The notes: generated by a model not told the origin, from the letters alone. Shown: positions 12,694 through 25,346, counted from the whole stretch's first letter. The stretch is 62,922 nt of DNA, filler included, from Stramenopiles sp. TOSAG23-3 (GCA_900128585.1; 55 parts of 55 records of this genome joined end to end with filler, not necessarily neighbours in it), one strand, 5' to 3'. Translations and numbers: made by a program.

Positions 12694-13745
12694 GCGAGCT
12701 TTTCGATTCGAGCAGTGGCATAGTATTGGATGAAAGTGCGGACGAGAAGAGCTATGCCCCAGTCACTAATGTACATGCACTTGTGGTGAAGAGGAGAGTG
12801 CAGACAGTGAAAAAAAGAGGGTGTTGCATGTGCTGCAAAAAGGACCAAGCTACCCGGATGCTTCAGCAACTGGAGAAAATGAAAAAGGATAAACTTAAAT
12901 TCGTTAAACAAATCAAGAAACAACGCAAACAGCACCGGAAAAAAATGTCGCACAGCGGAAAGTCAAAAATAGTACCGGAGTCCGTGCAAGTCAATCGAAA
13001 TGGGAAAATAGAACATGAGTGCCCAGGCTTGAAACCATTGGTGTTGAAATTGAATGAATTAAAAGACAACATCAAAGCGACACAATTCAAACTTGAAGAA
13101 ATCAGACAGCAACAGTGGGAAGAAGTTGAAATGCTCGTGGATGAAGTCTGGCTCAGAAGACAGGTCACGGTAGGTCGAGGCACAGAGACGAAAATGATCA
13201 GAACCATTTCTTTGCAGGAAGGGTTTGTAGTCGGAATCACAACAAAGATAGATGGTGAAAGAGAGACCGTGTATTTCGACAACAGGCACTTTACCGAAAC
13301 TAACATAAATGTTATGCTTTCCTTTTTTGAGAAAAAAAAGAACCCAATGTTTTTGTCCATCGTCGATTCAACCCACTTGTACGGAGGCATGCAAAAAAGA
13401 TTTCTGAAGAAAAGAAAGCAAAAGAAAAAGTTTTCGCTGTCAAAAGTAACTCCTGCTGGCGTTACGCTTTCGAAAACACTCATGCACAAGAATGGGAAAA
13501 GAAAATATTTTGGCTGGCTCTCGAAGAAAAAGAGGGTTTCAAACGGCCTGGAAACCAAGGAGGCGAATGAAGTGATTCATCCTGCCCAGTCGCAAGAGTT
13601 GGTCCGTAGCCAAGAAACGAAAGCAAGTGATTCGGAGAATAATGCAACAAAAATTAAAATCAGCGAGACGCCTGTTGCCACAGCCGCGAATGTTCAAGAG
13701 GAGAAGGGTGAAAGCGGGGAGGTTAGCCCAGAAACAGAGGCAGGG
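12694..13745 (+). CDS. Lys-rich coiled-coil hypothetical protein fragment
   Basis: ORF spans the contig; no recognised motif. Confidence 0.55.
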
Positions 13746-13949
13746 NNNNNNNNNNNNNNNNNNNNNNNNNNNNNNNNNNNNNNNNNNNNTTAATTAATTA
13801 ANNNNNNNNNNNNNNNNNNNNNNNNNNNNNNNNNNNNNNNNNNNNATTGTGATAATAATTCGGACATACTTACAGCGTTCGTTCATAAAGTTTGCACCTA
13901 ATCAGATTATTATTTTTGAACGGACCGTCCGTCGTCTTTATTTTCATTC

Positions 13950-14897
13950 ATGAAAGGGCCGACCTCTCTTGAGGACCTTCAGGCCGGGCGAGGCGTTAGT
14001 GGCGACTGCGGAACGTCCCCAACTATTCCACCAAAGTGGCTGTCGCCGAAGGTGTACTCCCCAGAAGATATAAAATCGTTTTTTCATGACCATGCATTTT
14101 CCATCGTATTTGCTTGGCACTGCTCTTTGACCATTGGGTTCAGCTTACCGACTCTCCTTGAAGCCCTTGTATTTACGAACAATAGCAACACCCCAAAGAA
14201 AGCTTTGCGGCGTTACGTCAACACGGGAACCCACCTAGCGAGCTGGCACAACGGGAACCTGTTTGACTCTACCACCAAAGCCTTCGGGAGCCTTCAAGGG
14301 GTTCGGTCAGGCCACGCAGCTGTACGGAAAGACATGGACAGCAAATTGCCAGGAAAGACTTGGCTGTCAATGTACAACATGGCGTGCGTTCAAACGGGCT
14401 TCGTCGGTGCACTGACTATAGTCCCCAGCGCCTTTGGCCTTCACGCGACGGAAGAAGAGCTAGAAAAGTACGTTTTGTTTTGGAAGTGCATCGGTTATCA
14501 ACTTGGGGTGGCAGACCAGTACAATTTATGCTCTCTGGGAAAGGTCACCGCGGACAAGATCATTTGGGAGGTGATTAATAAAGTTCTGCTTCCGGACGCC
14601 CACAACCCACCAAAAGAGTACCCCGAAATGGCTGGCGCGTACATCGACGGGCTTAACCTTCTGTTTCTCGGTCTGCCGATACTTAGCGTGAAGAGTACCC
14701 TGGCCTTTTCCTACGCGGCCCTTGGACAGAAGGTTCCGCCCATGTGCCTTTGCGATCATCTGAGAGTGTGCCTTTTGAAATTGTTGGTGTGCCTAATCTC
14801 TGTTAGCAGTTCTTTCCATGGACTAATGAATTACGCAGCCCAAGCAACGATTAAAGGGGGGGGGGAGAGGCCCGCGAAAAAGCAATGCTCACGTTTG
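13950..14897 (+). CDS. MpaB/rubber-oxygenase (Lcp, DUF2236)-family heme oxygenase-like protein
   Basis: RRYVNT, VRSGHAAVR, SMYNMACVQTGF, EELEKYVLFWKCIGYQLGV. Confidence 0.75.
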
Positions 14898-15121
14898 NNN
14901 NNNNNNNNNNNNNNNNNNNNNNNNNNNNNNNNNNNNNNNNNTTAATTAATTAANNNNNNNNNNNNNNNNNNNNNNNNNNNNNNNNNNNNNNNNNNNNAAG
15001 ATATCCTTCTATAAAATTAAGCGTTTGGTCGCGAACGGTACCTTCGTATACATATTTGGGTATACCATTTCTCGATTGTATTGTTTGGTTGTGTGTTCAC
15101 CCAACTATAGTACTAAAAGCA

Positions 15122-15670
15122 ATGGCAAGGCTTTCCGCAAGCGCGTCCTTTGACTTCCCGCAGCTTTACAACTTTCCCCCAATGTTTACCATACAGCCCG
15201 TGGAGCAAACGCGCCTGAAGCAGATGGAAAGTTGGCGCGATATTCTTATAAAATGGGTCAAGCATACAAAGAAAGCTTCGATCGACGTGAACAAGTGCGA
15301 AATTTTTGAAAATACGGCGATAAACAGGAAACTCAGCGAAAAGGACCGTGTGGAGGTTCTGGACTACTTGGTAGGCAAAGGAAACGGAGACTGGGTCGAC
15401 GACACCAAATCGAGATGCCTGGTCTTTTGGAACTCTTTGGGCGAATGGGCAAAGCTGGTGTACGACTGGGCCAGTACATACGGGCAGGTCGGTAACGTTT
15501 TTACGCTGTACGATTTAGTAGAAGGGGAAGAAACCGAGGGAGCAGAGTTCCATGGCCTGGACAAACACGTCTTCTACCGCGTAATTGCCGCGCTGCAAGA
15601 GCGCGGGCTTTGCCAAGTGTACGCCAGTTCTAACATGGAAGAAACGGGGGTAAAGTTTCTACCTAGCTGA
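15122..15670 (+). CDS. VPS25: ESCRT-II subunit Vps25, complete
   Basis: FDFPQLYNFPPMFTIQP, IFENTAINRKL, TLYDL, EFHGLD, GVKF. Confidence 0.95.
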   Translation: MARLSASASFDFPQLYNFPPMFTIQPVEQTRLKQMESWRDILIKWVKHTKKASIDVNKCEIFENTAINRKLSEKDRVEVLDYLVGKGNGDWVDDTKSRCLVFWNSLGEWAKLVYDWASTYGQVGNVFTLYDLVEGEETEGAEFHGLDKHVFYRVIAALQERGLCQVYASSNMEETGVKFLPS

Positions 15671-15795
15671 AGGAGCGCGAGGGGCTACCGTGTAGCAATG
15701 TAACGTGCAAGTAGAGTGTCTTTTTTTTTTCTATAAATGTGTGTTTATATAAGCTTAAACAACTAAACTGAATTAAGAATATTTTCTAACTAAAC

Positions 15796-15843
15796 TTAAA
15801 ACGAAAACTTTGGCTGTTTTTAACTTAATTAAAATTGTGTACT
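15796..15843 (+). repeat. Degenerate copy of the dispersed 3'-flank element
   Basis: TTAAAACGAAAACTTTGGCTGTTTTTAACTTAATTAAAATTGTGTACT aligns with 22872-22920. Confidence 0.6.
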
Positions 15844-16265
15844 AAAAACATTACTGTAAGATAAAGAACGAAATTTAAAACAAAAGCACACGCGTAAATT
15901 AAAGAAAAACTGACTTTCGTGTTCGTTCTCTCCAAAATTTCCATTCACACACACACACACAATTACTTTTATAAATTGCGTTACACCACAACCTTGCTTC
16001 TTCGACCAACCCCCTGCTTTGCGAAGGAATCGTCGGGGGGCTACGGCAGNNNNNNNNNNNNNNNNNNNNNNNNNNNNNNNNNNNNNNNNNNNNTTAATTA
16101 ATTAANNNNNNNNNNNNNNNNNNNNNNNNNNNNNNNNNNNNNNNNNNNNTGGGACGACTTATCTTCATTACCATTACTTGCTATTTTAATTTTTTTCTTG
16201 TTGCAATATTGGCTGAAGGTGAGCTTAAATTTGACAGCACATCAAAAGCTAACAATTTTTTTTTT

Positions 16266-17200
16266 ATGGAATCGAAAGAGAGTGTACTGACGGTTGTACA
16301 ACAAAACGGTCTAGCGTTAGAGCACACGTCGTCTAAATATCAGAACGACCTTGAAAATGTGCTGACATCTGTATATAAAAACGGTCTAGCATTGCGGCAC
16401 GTATCGGAACATTGTAAGAATGACCCTACCGTTGTGTTGTTAGCGTTGCACAACGATTGGAGAGCTTTAGAGTTTGCATCTGAAAATTTACGGAGCCATC
16501 CCACTATTTTGGTGCATGCATACCAACTATGTTATGAACGTGAGGGATACTACCGGTATAATTCAAAGCAATACACAACTGAACAGGTGTTGCAACATGC
16601 GTGCGCCAAGATATGGAACGACAAGAGCATAATTTTATGTCTTTTAGTGTGCGGACTGGACGCAACAACAATTTTGAAGCGTGCAGCTAATAAAGTAAAA
16701 ACTGATCTTGACGTTGTGCGGACAGCGCTGTCTGTAACAAACAACAGCGCGACTGTAACAAACTGTGATGATTACATGGAAGAAGACGAGGAACGTTCTA
16801 TGCTGCCTGATCCTAACCTATTGTTGGATGCAGATGATAAAATTATTTTAGACAACTTCTACATATTTACGAATGGCGAAGATTTCACTGTCAATATGCA
16901 TAAAGCAGGGGATAACATTAAAAAAAATGGCGATGTTATACGGGAAGTAGAAAGAAGGAACTGGCGCGCTTTTGATTATGCATCAGAAGATTTAAAAAAA
17001 GATCGTGAATTTGTCTTAGATATTGTCAAAATAAACTGGCGTACTTTGCAGTTTGCTTCTGAAGAATTAAAGAATGATCGTGATATTCTGATGGAAGCCG
17101 TAAAACAAAACGGGCGCGCTTTGCAGTATGCATCCAATAGTCTAAAAGACGATCACGAAATCGTTTTGGAAGCCGTAAAACAAAACTGGCGCGCTTTGCA
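16266..17200 (+). CDS. DUF4116-repeat protein, partial
   Basis: Repeats of AVKQNGRALQYASxxLKxDxEIV. Confidence 0.9.
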
Positions 17201-17300
17201 NNNNNNNNNNNNNNNNNNNNNNNNNNNNNNNNNNNNNNNNNNNNTTAATTAATTAANNNNNNNNNNNNNNNNNNNNNNNNNNNNNNNNNNNNNNNNNNNN

Positions 17301-17489
17301 CCAGAGGCCGGGATAGGCACCGTTCACCCTTGTCAAGAACTATCTGGAAACGCTTCAAAGGTCATGAGAATCCCGCAATATGTTGAAGTCGAAGCCTCTG
17401 TAAAACGGAGGAAGAAACTCTACATTTGGTGCAAAGGCAAACTATTTAATTCGTGTGGATTCAATCCTCAGGATCGAATAATGTATTAA
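17301..17489 (+). CDS. Probable 3' end of an unknown gene
   Basis: 62 codons open from contig start to TAA, followed by AT-rich DNA. Confidence 0.4.
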   Translation, partial: PEAGIGTVHPCQELSGNASKVMRIPQYVEVEASVKRRKKLYIWCKGKLFNSCGFNPQDRIMY

Positions 17490-17508
17490 GTACTCGATTA
17501 ATAATTTA

Positions 17509-17556
17509 AAAACAAGAAAATTGGCTGTTATTTACGAGGTCAGTAATTAAATTTAG
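17509..17556 (+). repeat. Dispersed 3'-flank element copy
   Basis: Exact 24-mer AAAACAAGAAAATTGGCTGTTATT; downstream AGTAATTAAATTTAGC shared with the 29100 copy. Confidence 0.9.
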
Positions 17557-17991
17557 CTTCCTCATACTACTACCCTAATTAATAATTTTATACGTAATTA
17601 ATTAGCTATGCACATTTTATACAGATCACAGCATCAACAAAATTTGGATCCGCTTTGTGTTTTTTTTTATTTGTTTCCTCCTGCTGCATTATTCGGTCTA
17701 ATTAAAATATTATATCACGAATATTTCATAGGAAATACGAAGACGACTCCTCGTCGTCATTTTTTTATTGTTTGATTATTTCTATTATTTCCTAACGCCG
17801 CCGCGAAAAAATAATAATTTCGACATTTTTTATAAAATCCATTTGAATTTTTTTGAACACAGAGAGAATTATGCCATTTTTTTACTAGAAACATTGTATG
17901 GCTTGCGGAAATCAATGTTAAAGCTTATCAATTTTTCCTCTCATATTTTATACTTTATTTCACGAGGGCCTGCCAGCATTGAACATTGAAC

Positions 17992-18292
17992 ATGGGCCTC
18001 TTCATAGGTTTTCTGACCATTATATTGGTTCTCTCATGCGAGGGAAAAAATACGTTCAGGGTAGAGAACAATCAGTTCCTTGTGAACGGGAAACCAGAAC
18101 GGATTTTGGCTGGAAATTTTCATTATTTTAGGACCCCCCCCGAATACTGGGAGGATCAGTTGGACCGTATGTTGGCTATGGGGCTGAACGCGGTAGAGTT
18201 TTATATTCCCTGGAACCTTCACGAAACGCGAAAGGGACACTTCGATTTCCAGTCGCACGGAAAGTCCATCACAGATTTTTTGAATTTAATTT
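17992..18292 (+). CDS. GH35 beta-galactosidase N-terminus (truncated by inverted chimera)
   Basis: Signal peptide; ILAGNFHYFRTPPEYW, GLNAVEFYIPWNLHE, FDF. Confidence 0.9.
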
Positions 18293-18506
18293 CTATGAAG
18301 AGGCCCATGTTCAATGTTCAATGCTGGCAGGCCCTCGTGAAATAAAGTATANNNNNNNNNNNNNNNNNNNNNNNNNNNNNNNNNNNNNNNNNNNNTTAAT
18401 TAATTAANNNNNNNNNNNNNNNNNNNNNNNNNNNNNNNNNNNNNNNNNNNNCAGTTTCCTAACCAATGGAATTCATTATTCTACCTAACATCTTTTCCCA
18501 CTGCAG

Positions 18507-18746
18507 CCAGCAGACCTCATAGGTTTCATAATTGGAAAGAAAGGTTCCAATATTGCCAACATCGAAAAAGCTAGTGGGGCGAAACTGTCCGTGTCCGACC
18601 GTTCAGGGCCGCCTTCCTTCAACCGTGAGTGGCTGCACATCCAGTTGTCTGGCACCGGCAACCAAATCGACAGAGCCAAAAAACTTTTGATAATAAATAT
18701 CCAAGAAGCAACCCAGCGCGGAGGAGGCAACGCCAAGCAACAGTAA
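18507..18746 (+). CDS. KH-domain protein terminal exon (absent from ORF track)
   Basis: PADLIGFIIGKKGSNIANIEKASGAKLSV (GxxG loop), preceded by CTAAC branch point, pyrimidine tract and CAG acceptor. Confidence 0.85.
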   Translation, partial: PADLIGFIIGKKGSNIANIEKASGAKLSVSDRSGPPSFNREWLHIQLSGTGNQIDRAKKLLIINIQEATQRGGGNAKQQ

Positions 18747-18926
18747 CGGGGGAAGTGTGGAAAATGCTTTTGAAGTGAGTTATAAATGATGAAAAATGTT
18801 TCGGCTGACTTGACAACTACGCTCTTTCTTCAACTAAATCAGTAAGATACACCAATATACTTTGTTTATCATCAAGCACTCATTTTTAGCAAAAAAAATT
18901 TAAAAATAATTTTACGAGTTCGTATC

Positions 18927-19501
18927 TTACGAACTAAACACGACGGCCAATGAAATCAGCAAGAGAATGACGAGGACAACTGCAAGGATAGCATATTTAA
19001 TCTCCTTCCTGTAAATGAAACGATAGAACTCGAATGTGGATCGAAGTCCTTGGATCCATCTATTTTTGATGCAACAGAATACTGTCTCTCCAGGAACATC
19101 ACATTTACCAACAACGTTTTCATTAGGCTCCGAGCGCCCTTGGCCTGCGCGAAGGGTAGTGGCCCTGCTTAACGGCAAGCATTGCAGTGATACAAAGGCA
19201 TATCCCTGTGACTTTGCGTAGTGGCGGTGAAACAGTTTCACTTTGCATGGAGGCGAAGTCTTGTCATGTTCATACGTTTTATTTCCTGTATTCTTATCTA
19301 CGCTATACGCCAATCCCATTGCGCTGCTGTCTGTTGTGTCTTTGCCGGCTTTCTGATTATCAGAATCTTTCCAATTTTCATAGTTCACTTCCCCCCCCGT
19401 TCGAAGGGCTTTCCGCATAAGGTCCCCCACATCAATGACGGCCTCTGCCCAGTGGTCTGTTTCCTCGTTCAATGCATACCCAAGTTTTGTCAGCTCTTTT
19501 C
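18927..19501 (-). CDS. Ferlin-like C-terminus (last C2 region plus tail anchor)
   Basis: AGQGRSEPNEN matches the ferlin AGxGRxEPN motif; C-terminal TM helix. Confidence 0.7.
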
Positions 19502-19601
19502 NNNNNNNNNNNNNNNNNNNNNNNNNNNNNNNNNNNNNNNNNNNNTTAATTAATTAANNNNNNNNNNNNNNNNNNNNNNNNNNNNNNNNNNNNNNNNNNN
19601 N

Positions 19602-20650
19602 TTACGACACTGCTCCACGAATCTGTTGAAGCAATGTCGAGTGCGATTCAAACTCTGGCACGGCCTACGCGGCTGAAGTTTGGAAAGAAAGCCATCGAGG
19701 TTCAAGACATTTACCGTGGAACAGGCGAACCATTTGAAGTAGATAACCGTCGCAATAACATTAACAAGGTCGAAGATTTAATGCTCGGCTCCCTCATTAT
19801 GGCCAGCGAGAGCAGAAACGTATCGGTGCTGAACAAAATTGAAATCGAAGGATTATCGACCGTTGATCATGGGAAACGAAAACTGCTGTATCACGAATCC
19901 ATCTTCATAGCCGAGCGTATGCATTATGATAGTAGCGTTACGTTTTTGAATTTAGAGAGCTGCCTAATCGACCAATTGCCTTACTTGGAAGTGCCCCCTT
20001 CTCATGTTTTAGCGGATCGCCTTCGCACCAATGTTCGCTTGACAGAGTTAAACGTGAGCAACTGTGCCATAAAGAAAAGTGGTATGTTCAAATGCCTTTT
20101 GGAGGACAACCGCGTCCTTAAAGTGTTGGATGTGTCCAACAACCCACTTGGAGATGATGCTATCCCTTTGGCAGAAGGATTGCTGACAAATGACATGCTG
20201 CTGACTTTAAAGATGAGCAATTGTGAACTCACTACTCGGGCAATGGAGGTCATGAAGAAGGCCTTGGCGAGCAACGAGTCCCTGACAACGTTGCATATGC
20301 CGGACAATGGCTTGACTCGGTATGCAGCAGGAGCATTGGCGGAGGGCATGAAAGAGAACGCTGGCCTGCTAACACTGAACATAAAGAATTGCAACATTGG
20401 TAGCGCAGGGGCGATTTCAATCGCCAAAATGCTGGAGCAAAACTCCGTGCTCACGGACATAAACATTGGGTGCGACCCAATGGGCGAAAATGGTGGTTTG
20501 ATTGAGCAACATGGCGCCCTTGCCATTGCTACTATGCTCCGAAAGAACACGACACTGAAAGCCCTCCATCTGCCTAGCTGTGGGATTGAATCGTTCGGTG
20601 CCGTATACATCTGCCAGTCACTACAGTTTAACACAACGCTGAAAACACTT
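19602..20650 (+). CDS. RNI-like LRR protein (NLRC3-like repeats), fragment
   Basis: 28-aa repeats such as LxxNxxLxxLxLxxCxIgxxGA. Confidence 0.85.
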
Positions 20651-20752
20651 NNNNNNNNNNNNNNNNNNNNNNNNNNNNNNNNNNNNNNNNNNNNTTAATT
20701 AATTAANNNNNNNNNNNNNNNNNNNNNNNNNNNNNNNNNNNNNNNNNNNNCC

Positions 20753-20887
20753 GGCCTATCGGAAAAGTGTTTTACGACGATGTGCCCAATGGTCATGTGC
20801 GAAGGCGAACTTGTATACCGTAACGAAGATGATTGTTGTGGTTCGTGCGAACGGTCGGAGCCAGTGCCAATGGTGTTCCGACTTTAG
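20753..20887 (+). CDS. 3' end of Cys-rich (VWC-like) protein
   Basis: KCFTTMCPMVMCEGELVYRNEDDCCGSCE; CCxxC ending typical of VWC. Confidence 0.55.
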   Translation, partial: GLSEKCFTTMCPMVMCEGELVYRNEDDCCGSCERSEPVPMVFRL

Positions 20888-20922
20888 GGTCCTTTCTGCG
20901 AGGAGTTAAAATAAGCATATTA

Positions 20923-20946
20923 AAAACAAGAAAATTGGCTGTTATT
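20923..20946 (+). repeat. Dispersed 3'-flank element copy
   Basis: Exact 24-mer, 36 bp after the stop codon. Confidence 0.9.
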
Positions 20947-21899
20947 CTGTTATTTAAGTAAGTCAGAAGAGAGGTGATCTTCTAGATCTTTAACGTTTAG
21001 CTTAAGCTTTTATCTATAGCGAACAATCTACCGTACCTTATTCTGCACATCTAGTTTTCTACAGCAGAAGAAGGAAGAAAGGATAGAAGAATCATCGATG
21101 TGTCTTTTTATTTTTGTTTTTAAAAACTATATTTAAAATATCTTCTCAAATCTCAAAGTTGGGGGGGATGTTGGTTGGGTGTATCTATACTAAATAAATA
21201 TAATTACAATATAAAGCCATTTTCCATGTCCAATTCTCACATAATAATTATTTTAATTAATCAATCTATTTTAAGTCCTTTCTATGTAATGACCATTTTT
21301 AAAACCTAAAATCAAACCCGAGATTTTTGGGATGTGATGATTCCCCTCCTTTCCTTTTTTCTTTCTTTCTTTCTTTCTTCTTCTCTTTTTTGATGAAGGA
21401 AATGGGTTCATTATTTCTTTCTTTCCTTTTATGGCTTGAATTTTCAACCACAAAAAAGAGGATAAGAAGGAAAGGGCCTCTACGAAACCGAGTGGTAGTT
21501 GGGGGTTACAACTAGAAGAACACGAACCATATATAAACACCCCCCCTGAATAGCAGGGACTTGCAACGACTGGTTTCAGCGACTCTCGACTCTCGGCACT
21601 AGTTGGCCAAACAAAAAACTCTTGAAGACAAATTTGCGTACATTAATGATGGATAATGCGCAACAAAGGACGGTGTATGACGATGTCGTGGCGGTTCGGG
21701 GAGGTCCTCAGTGGGAGGGAGGGCTGACGAAACTGGTCGCAGGGAGAAGAAAGGGGGGTGGGAACGGCTCCGTTATTGAACGTTTTGTAGACCGGAGAAN
21801 NNNNNNNNNNNNNNNNNNNNNNNNNNNNNNNNNNNNNNNNNNNTTAATTAATTAANNNNNNNNNNNNNNNNNNNNNNNNNNNNNNNNNNNNNNNNNNNN

Positions 21900-22579
21900 G
21901 TGCTGCTGTTTTGAGGGTCATCCCGTACATGTCGTGCCAGTTCGGCTTCTTGGAGTATTACAAGTCGCTGCTGACCAAGTACGGTTTTTGCGAGTCTAAT
22001 GTGAAGCTAAAGTCATTTTTTGCCGGCAGCGCTGCAGGGGTGACTGCAGTGTGTATAACTTATCCGTTGGATGTCGTTCGGGCCCGGATGGCAATGCAGT
22101 TGCAGGGAATCAAGCGGGCAAAATACAGCGGTTTTTTTGAGTGCCTGATAGGCCTACCTCGCGATAAGGGCGCGTCGTACCTGTACCGGGGGTTGGGGGC
22201 TACGATGTGCGGCGTGGCCCCATACGCGGGCATAAAATTTTTCATATACGACGTGCTGAAGCCGATGATACCTGCGGGGATGGGGGGACCCGTGACCGCC
22301 GGAGCGTGCGCGGGCATTATCGCCCAAACGTTCGTGTACCCGTTTGATGTAATTCGTCGAAGGCACCAGACCCATGACGCTGTCAAGGAGCTGTACAGTA
22401 GCACCTTCCACGCCCTGAAGGACATTTACCAGAAGGAAGGCGTTACTCGAGGTCTGTACAGAGGTCTATCGCTTAACTACATCAAAACAGCCCCAAACAC
22501 TGCGCTTTACCTTAGCCTGTACGACGTTTTCAAGGATTCGATGTCATCCTCAGCCCATGATGCGCGGGATGGGGAGTAA
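21900..22579 (+). CDS. Mitochondrial carrier (SLC25A16/A42 CoA-carrier-like), 5' partial
   Basis: YPLDVVRARMA and YPFDVIRRRHQ PxD/ExxK/R signatures; LYRGL. Confidence 0.9.
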
Positions 22580-22681
22580 GGCTGTGTGCGCAAATAAGTG
22601 TTGCCGAAAAATACAACACGCACGGTACCGCGCGAAGGGTTATTCATCCCGCTGGGCTCTTTAAAAAAAAGTAATGCATAA

Positions 22682-22705
22682 AAAACAAGAAAATTGGCTG
22701 TTATT
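22682..22705 (+). repeat. Dispersed 3'-flank element copy
   Basis: Exact 24-mer. Confidence 0.9.
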
Positions 22706-22873
22706 TTATAGTAAATTAAAATTAAAGAAAAAAGAAGGTGTCAGTTCAAGAACAGTATCTCCTCCTATTGCAGATCCTTCCCAAGTAATGCATTAATGCA
22801 CGTTTTTAATTTTGTCAGCTCTTGATTCGTACCTGAGCACTCCAAGAATTACTTCTCAACAAATTCTTTAATT

Positions 22874-22948
22874 AAAACAAGAAAATTGGCTGTTATTTAA
22901 GTAATTAAAATTAATGTACTGCGAACTGAAAACTGAAAACTGAAATCT
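22874..22948 (+). repeat. Dispersed 3'-flank element, long copy
   Basis: 24-mer plus TAAGTAATTAAAATTAATGTACTGCGAACTGAA, shared with the 41831 minus-strand copy. Confidence 0.9.
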
Positions 22949-23048
22949 NNNNNNNNNNNNNNNNNNNNNNNNNNNNNNNNNNNNNNNNNNNNTTAATTAA
23001 TTAANNNNNNNNNNNNNNNNNNNNNNNNNNNNNNNNNNNNNNNNNNNN

Positions 23049-24097
23049 GGCTACGGGCTCCACCAGCGGCACGCGTACTCTATTGTAGGGGTGTACGAAA
23101 TTGAATATGATAATTCGGAAATGGAAAAGTGGTACACAACCGCGATAGAATACTATGATTGTCACAAAGATGACGTGGAGGGGGAAAACGATGACGTGGA
23201 GGTGGAATCTAAACCGACTGACGAAGAGTTAAGGTTAAAAATATTCTTTGAAGAGATGAAGCAAAACGACATCGAACTTAAGGACCTTGAGGACAACCAA
23301 TTAGAATGGACAAGTCCAGAGAACGAAATCTTCAGCAAGTACAGCAAGTACAAAGATAAAAAAGAAAAGGAAGGAAAGGAAAAAAATATTATCCGCTTCG
23401 TGGCCTGCAGAAACCCCTGGGGAAAGAACGAGTGGACTGGGCCGTTCGGAGACGAACACCTTCCCCTTTTTTTTAGGTACAAGCTGAAAAAGAAGCGAGA
23501 AGTTTACATGAACGAGGTACAACAGACAGAGGGTGACATGGACGAAAACCAGAAAGCTGACCGGGCCGCGTTCGTGAAGCAATCGTTCGGCAGGGACGAC
23601 GGAATCTTTCACATGGAGTACGAGGATTGGAAAAACAATTTCACCAAAGTCTTCCGTTGTCTGAATTTTTCTAAAGTTGGAAAAGAAACCGAAGACAATC
23701 CGTTCAAAGGAATGCGCGTGAAAGGAGAATGGACGAAGGACACTTCGGGGGGAGGCGTGCAACTTAAGACCTGGTACATGAACCCAAAATTTCAGTTGAA
23801 GGTCGGGTATAAGGAAGAGGGAACAGTGTTCTTCATCTCACTGAGCCAGGAAGACAATCGGTTGAAGCATGGAAAGAACTACTTGCAGTGTGACGACCCC
23901 ATCGGCTTTCACATCGTCAAATGTAAGGGCGTCGAAAAGGACGGGGGGGTCGAGACCATTGACTTGCCCCCCCCGTACGATAACGCTCAGAAGAGGAAGG
24001 GAAAAATTGAGTTCGAACAACTTAAGATCGAAGGCAGTTGTACGGCTGCAGATGGCACTTCGGACGACCAGGCAATGTACAAGTTTAACCACGCGAC
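23049..24097 (+). CDS. Calpain-like cysteine protease fragment (CysPc C-half plus domain III)
   Basis: HAYS (catalytic His), RNPWG (catalytic Asn), DDGIFHMEYEDW, GEW...SGG...NPKF. Confidence 0.9.
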
Positions 24098-24543
24098 NNN
24101 NNNNNNNNNNNNNNNNNNNNNNNNNNNNNNNNNNNNNNNNNTTAATTAATTAANNNNNNNNNNNNNNNNNNNNNNNNNNNNNNNNNNNNNNNNNNNNAAC
24201 AATAAGTAATTTTATGTATAAAAAGTATACAAAACTATTGTAGTTAAACATAATAATAGTCTATATACGAATTTAATCGTCTATTTTCGAATTTAACTTG
24301 CACGCGCTTTGGTGAAGTACGAAAGGTAGGAATAATGGCACAGACGAAGGTCACTAGTATGATGGACGCGCCGCAGCTGTTTTGGCAAATTAATTGTTGT
24401 TCTCTGTCGTCAAGTTGTACGTGGTGGTGGTGACCACAAGCCAAACCTATCAAACCAAGCAAACGTTGAAGAGGACAAGATTTATACGTTTGGGTCTCTC
24501 TTTTCGTGCCTAACGGTCATGCATGGAACCCCCTTCGATTGGT

Positions 24544-25246
24544 TCACCGTTGGTTATTGTTCCCCGTCTTTGAAATAGCGTTTTTCATGAGCAAGAGTTG
24601 TAGTTTTGATTTCGTTTGTGCTTTTTCTTTTATACGTGCCGAGAATTCGTTGTTCCAGTTTTTGTTTCGTTCTTCTTCAAACGTTAATGGAACGGTCGGC
24701 GTCGGCGTTGTGGCCTCGACGGTACTTGCCGATTCGGTCGTCCTATCTACAATATTTGCCGTCCTCTTTTCAGCGCCCCCTTTGTCAGAAGTCGCCGCTG
24801 GTTCGTCGGCGCCGGCATGCTTCGCCGGCTTGTCCTTGAACAGGTCCTCCAGAGGGTCCTCGCCCTTGTTGGTCTCCGTTTCGCCGTACGGCGCAGGCCT
24901 GCCAAACCCGGCAATATCCTCGTTGTAAAATATGTTATCGCCCGCTTCCTCTGGGGACTCCAATGGCACGCTGACCACCACGTTACTGTCGCCCCCGTTG
25001 CCCCTACCCTGTTCGCCGTTCTCGTACCCAGTAAATGGCACTTCCTCTCTCCGATCAGCAGCACTGCTGCTCAAAGCTCCCATGGACAGCACGTACCCTG
25101 GGCCCGCAGGGACTTCAAGCGGAAGGTCCACCGAGACGGCCTCCCCATACTTTCCCGCCGCCTCAACCTCAAGCTCTAACTGTTGCGCTATTGTAAACTG
25201 AAAGTTCGTCGATGCCAAGTGCTGGAGTTCCCGCAACTTTGCAACG
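24544..25246 (-). CDS. Hypothetical low-complexity protein C-terminus
   Basis: 230-aa ORF in GC-richer sequence. Confidence 0.5.
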
Positions 25247-25346
25247 NNNNNNNNNNNNNNNNNNNNNNNNNNNNNNNNNNNNNNNNNNNNTTAATTAATT
25301 AANNNNNNNNNNNNNNNNNNNNNNNNNNNNNNNNNNNNNNNNNNNN

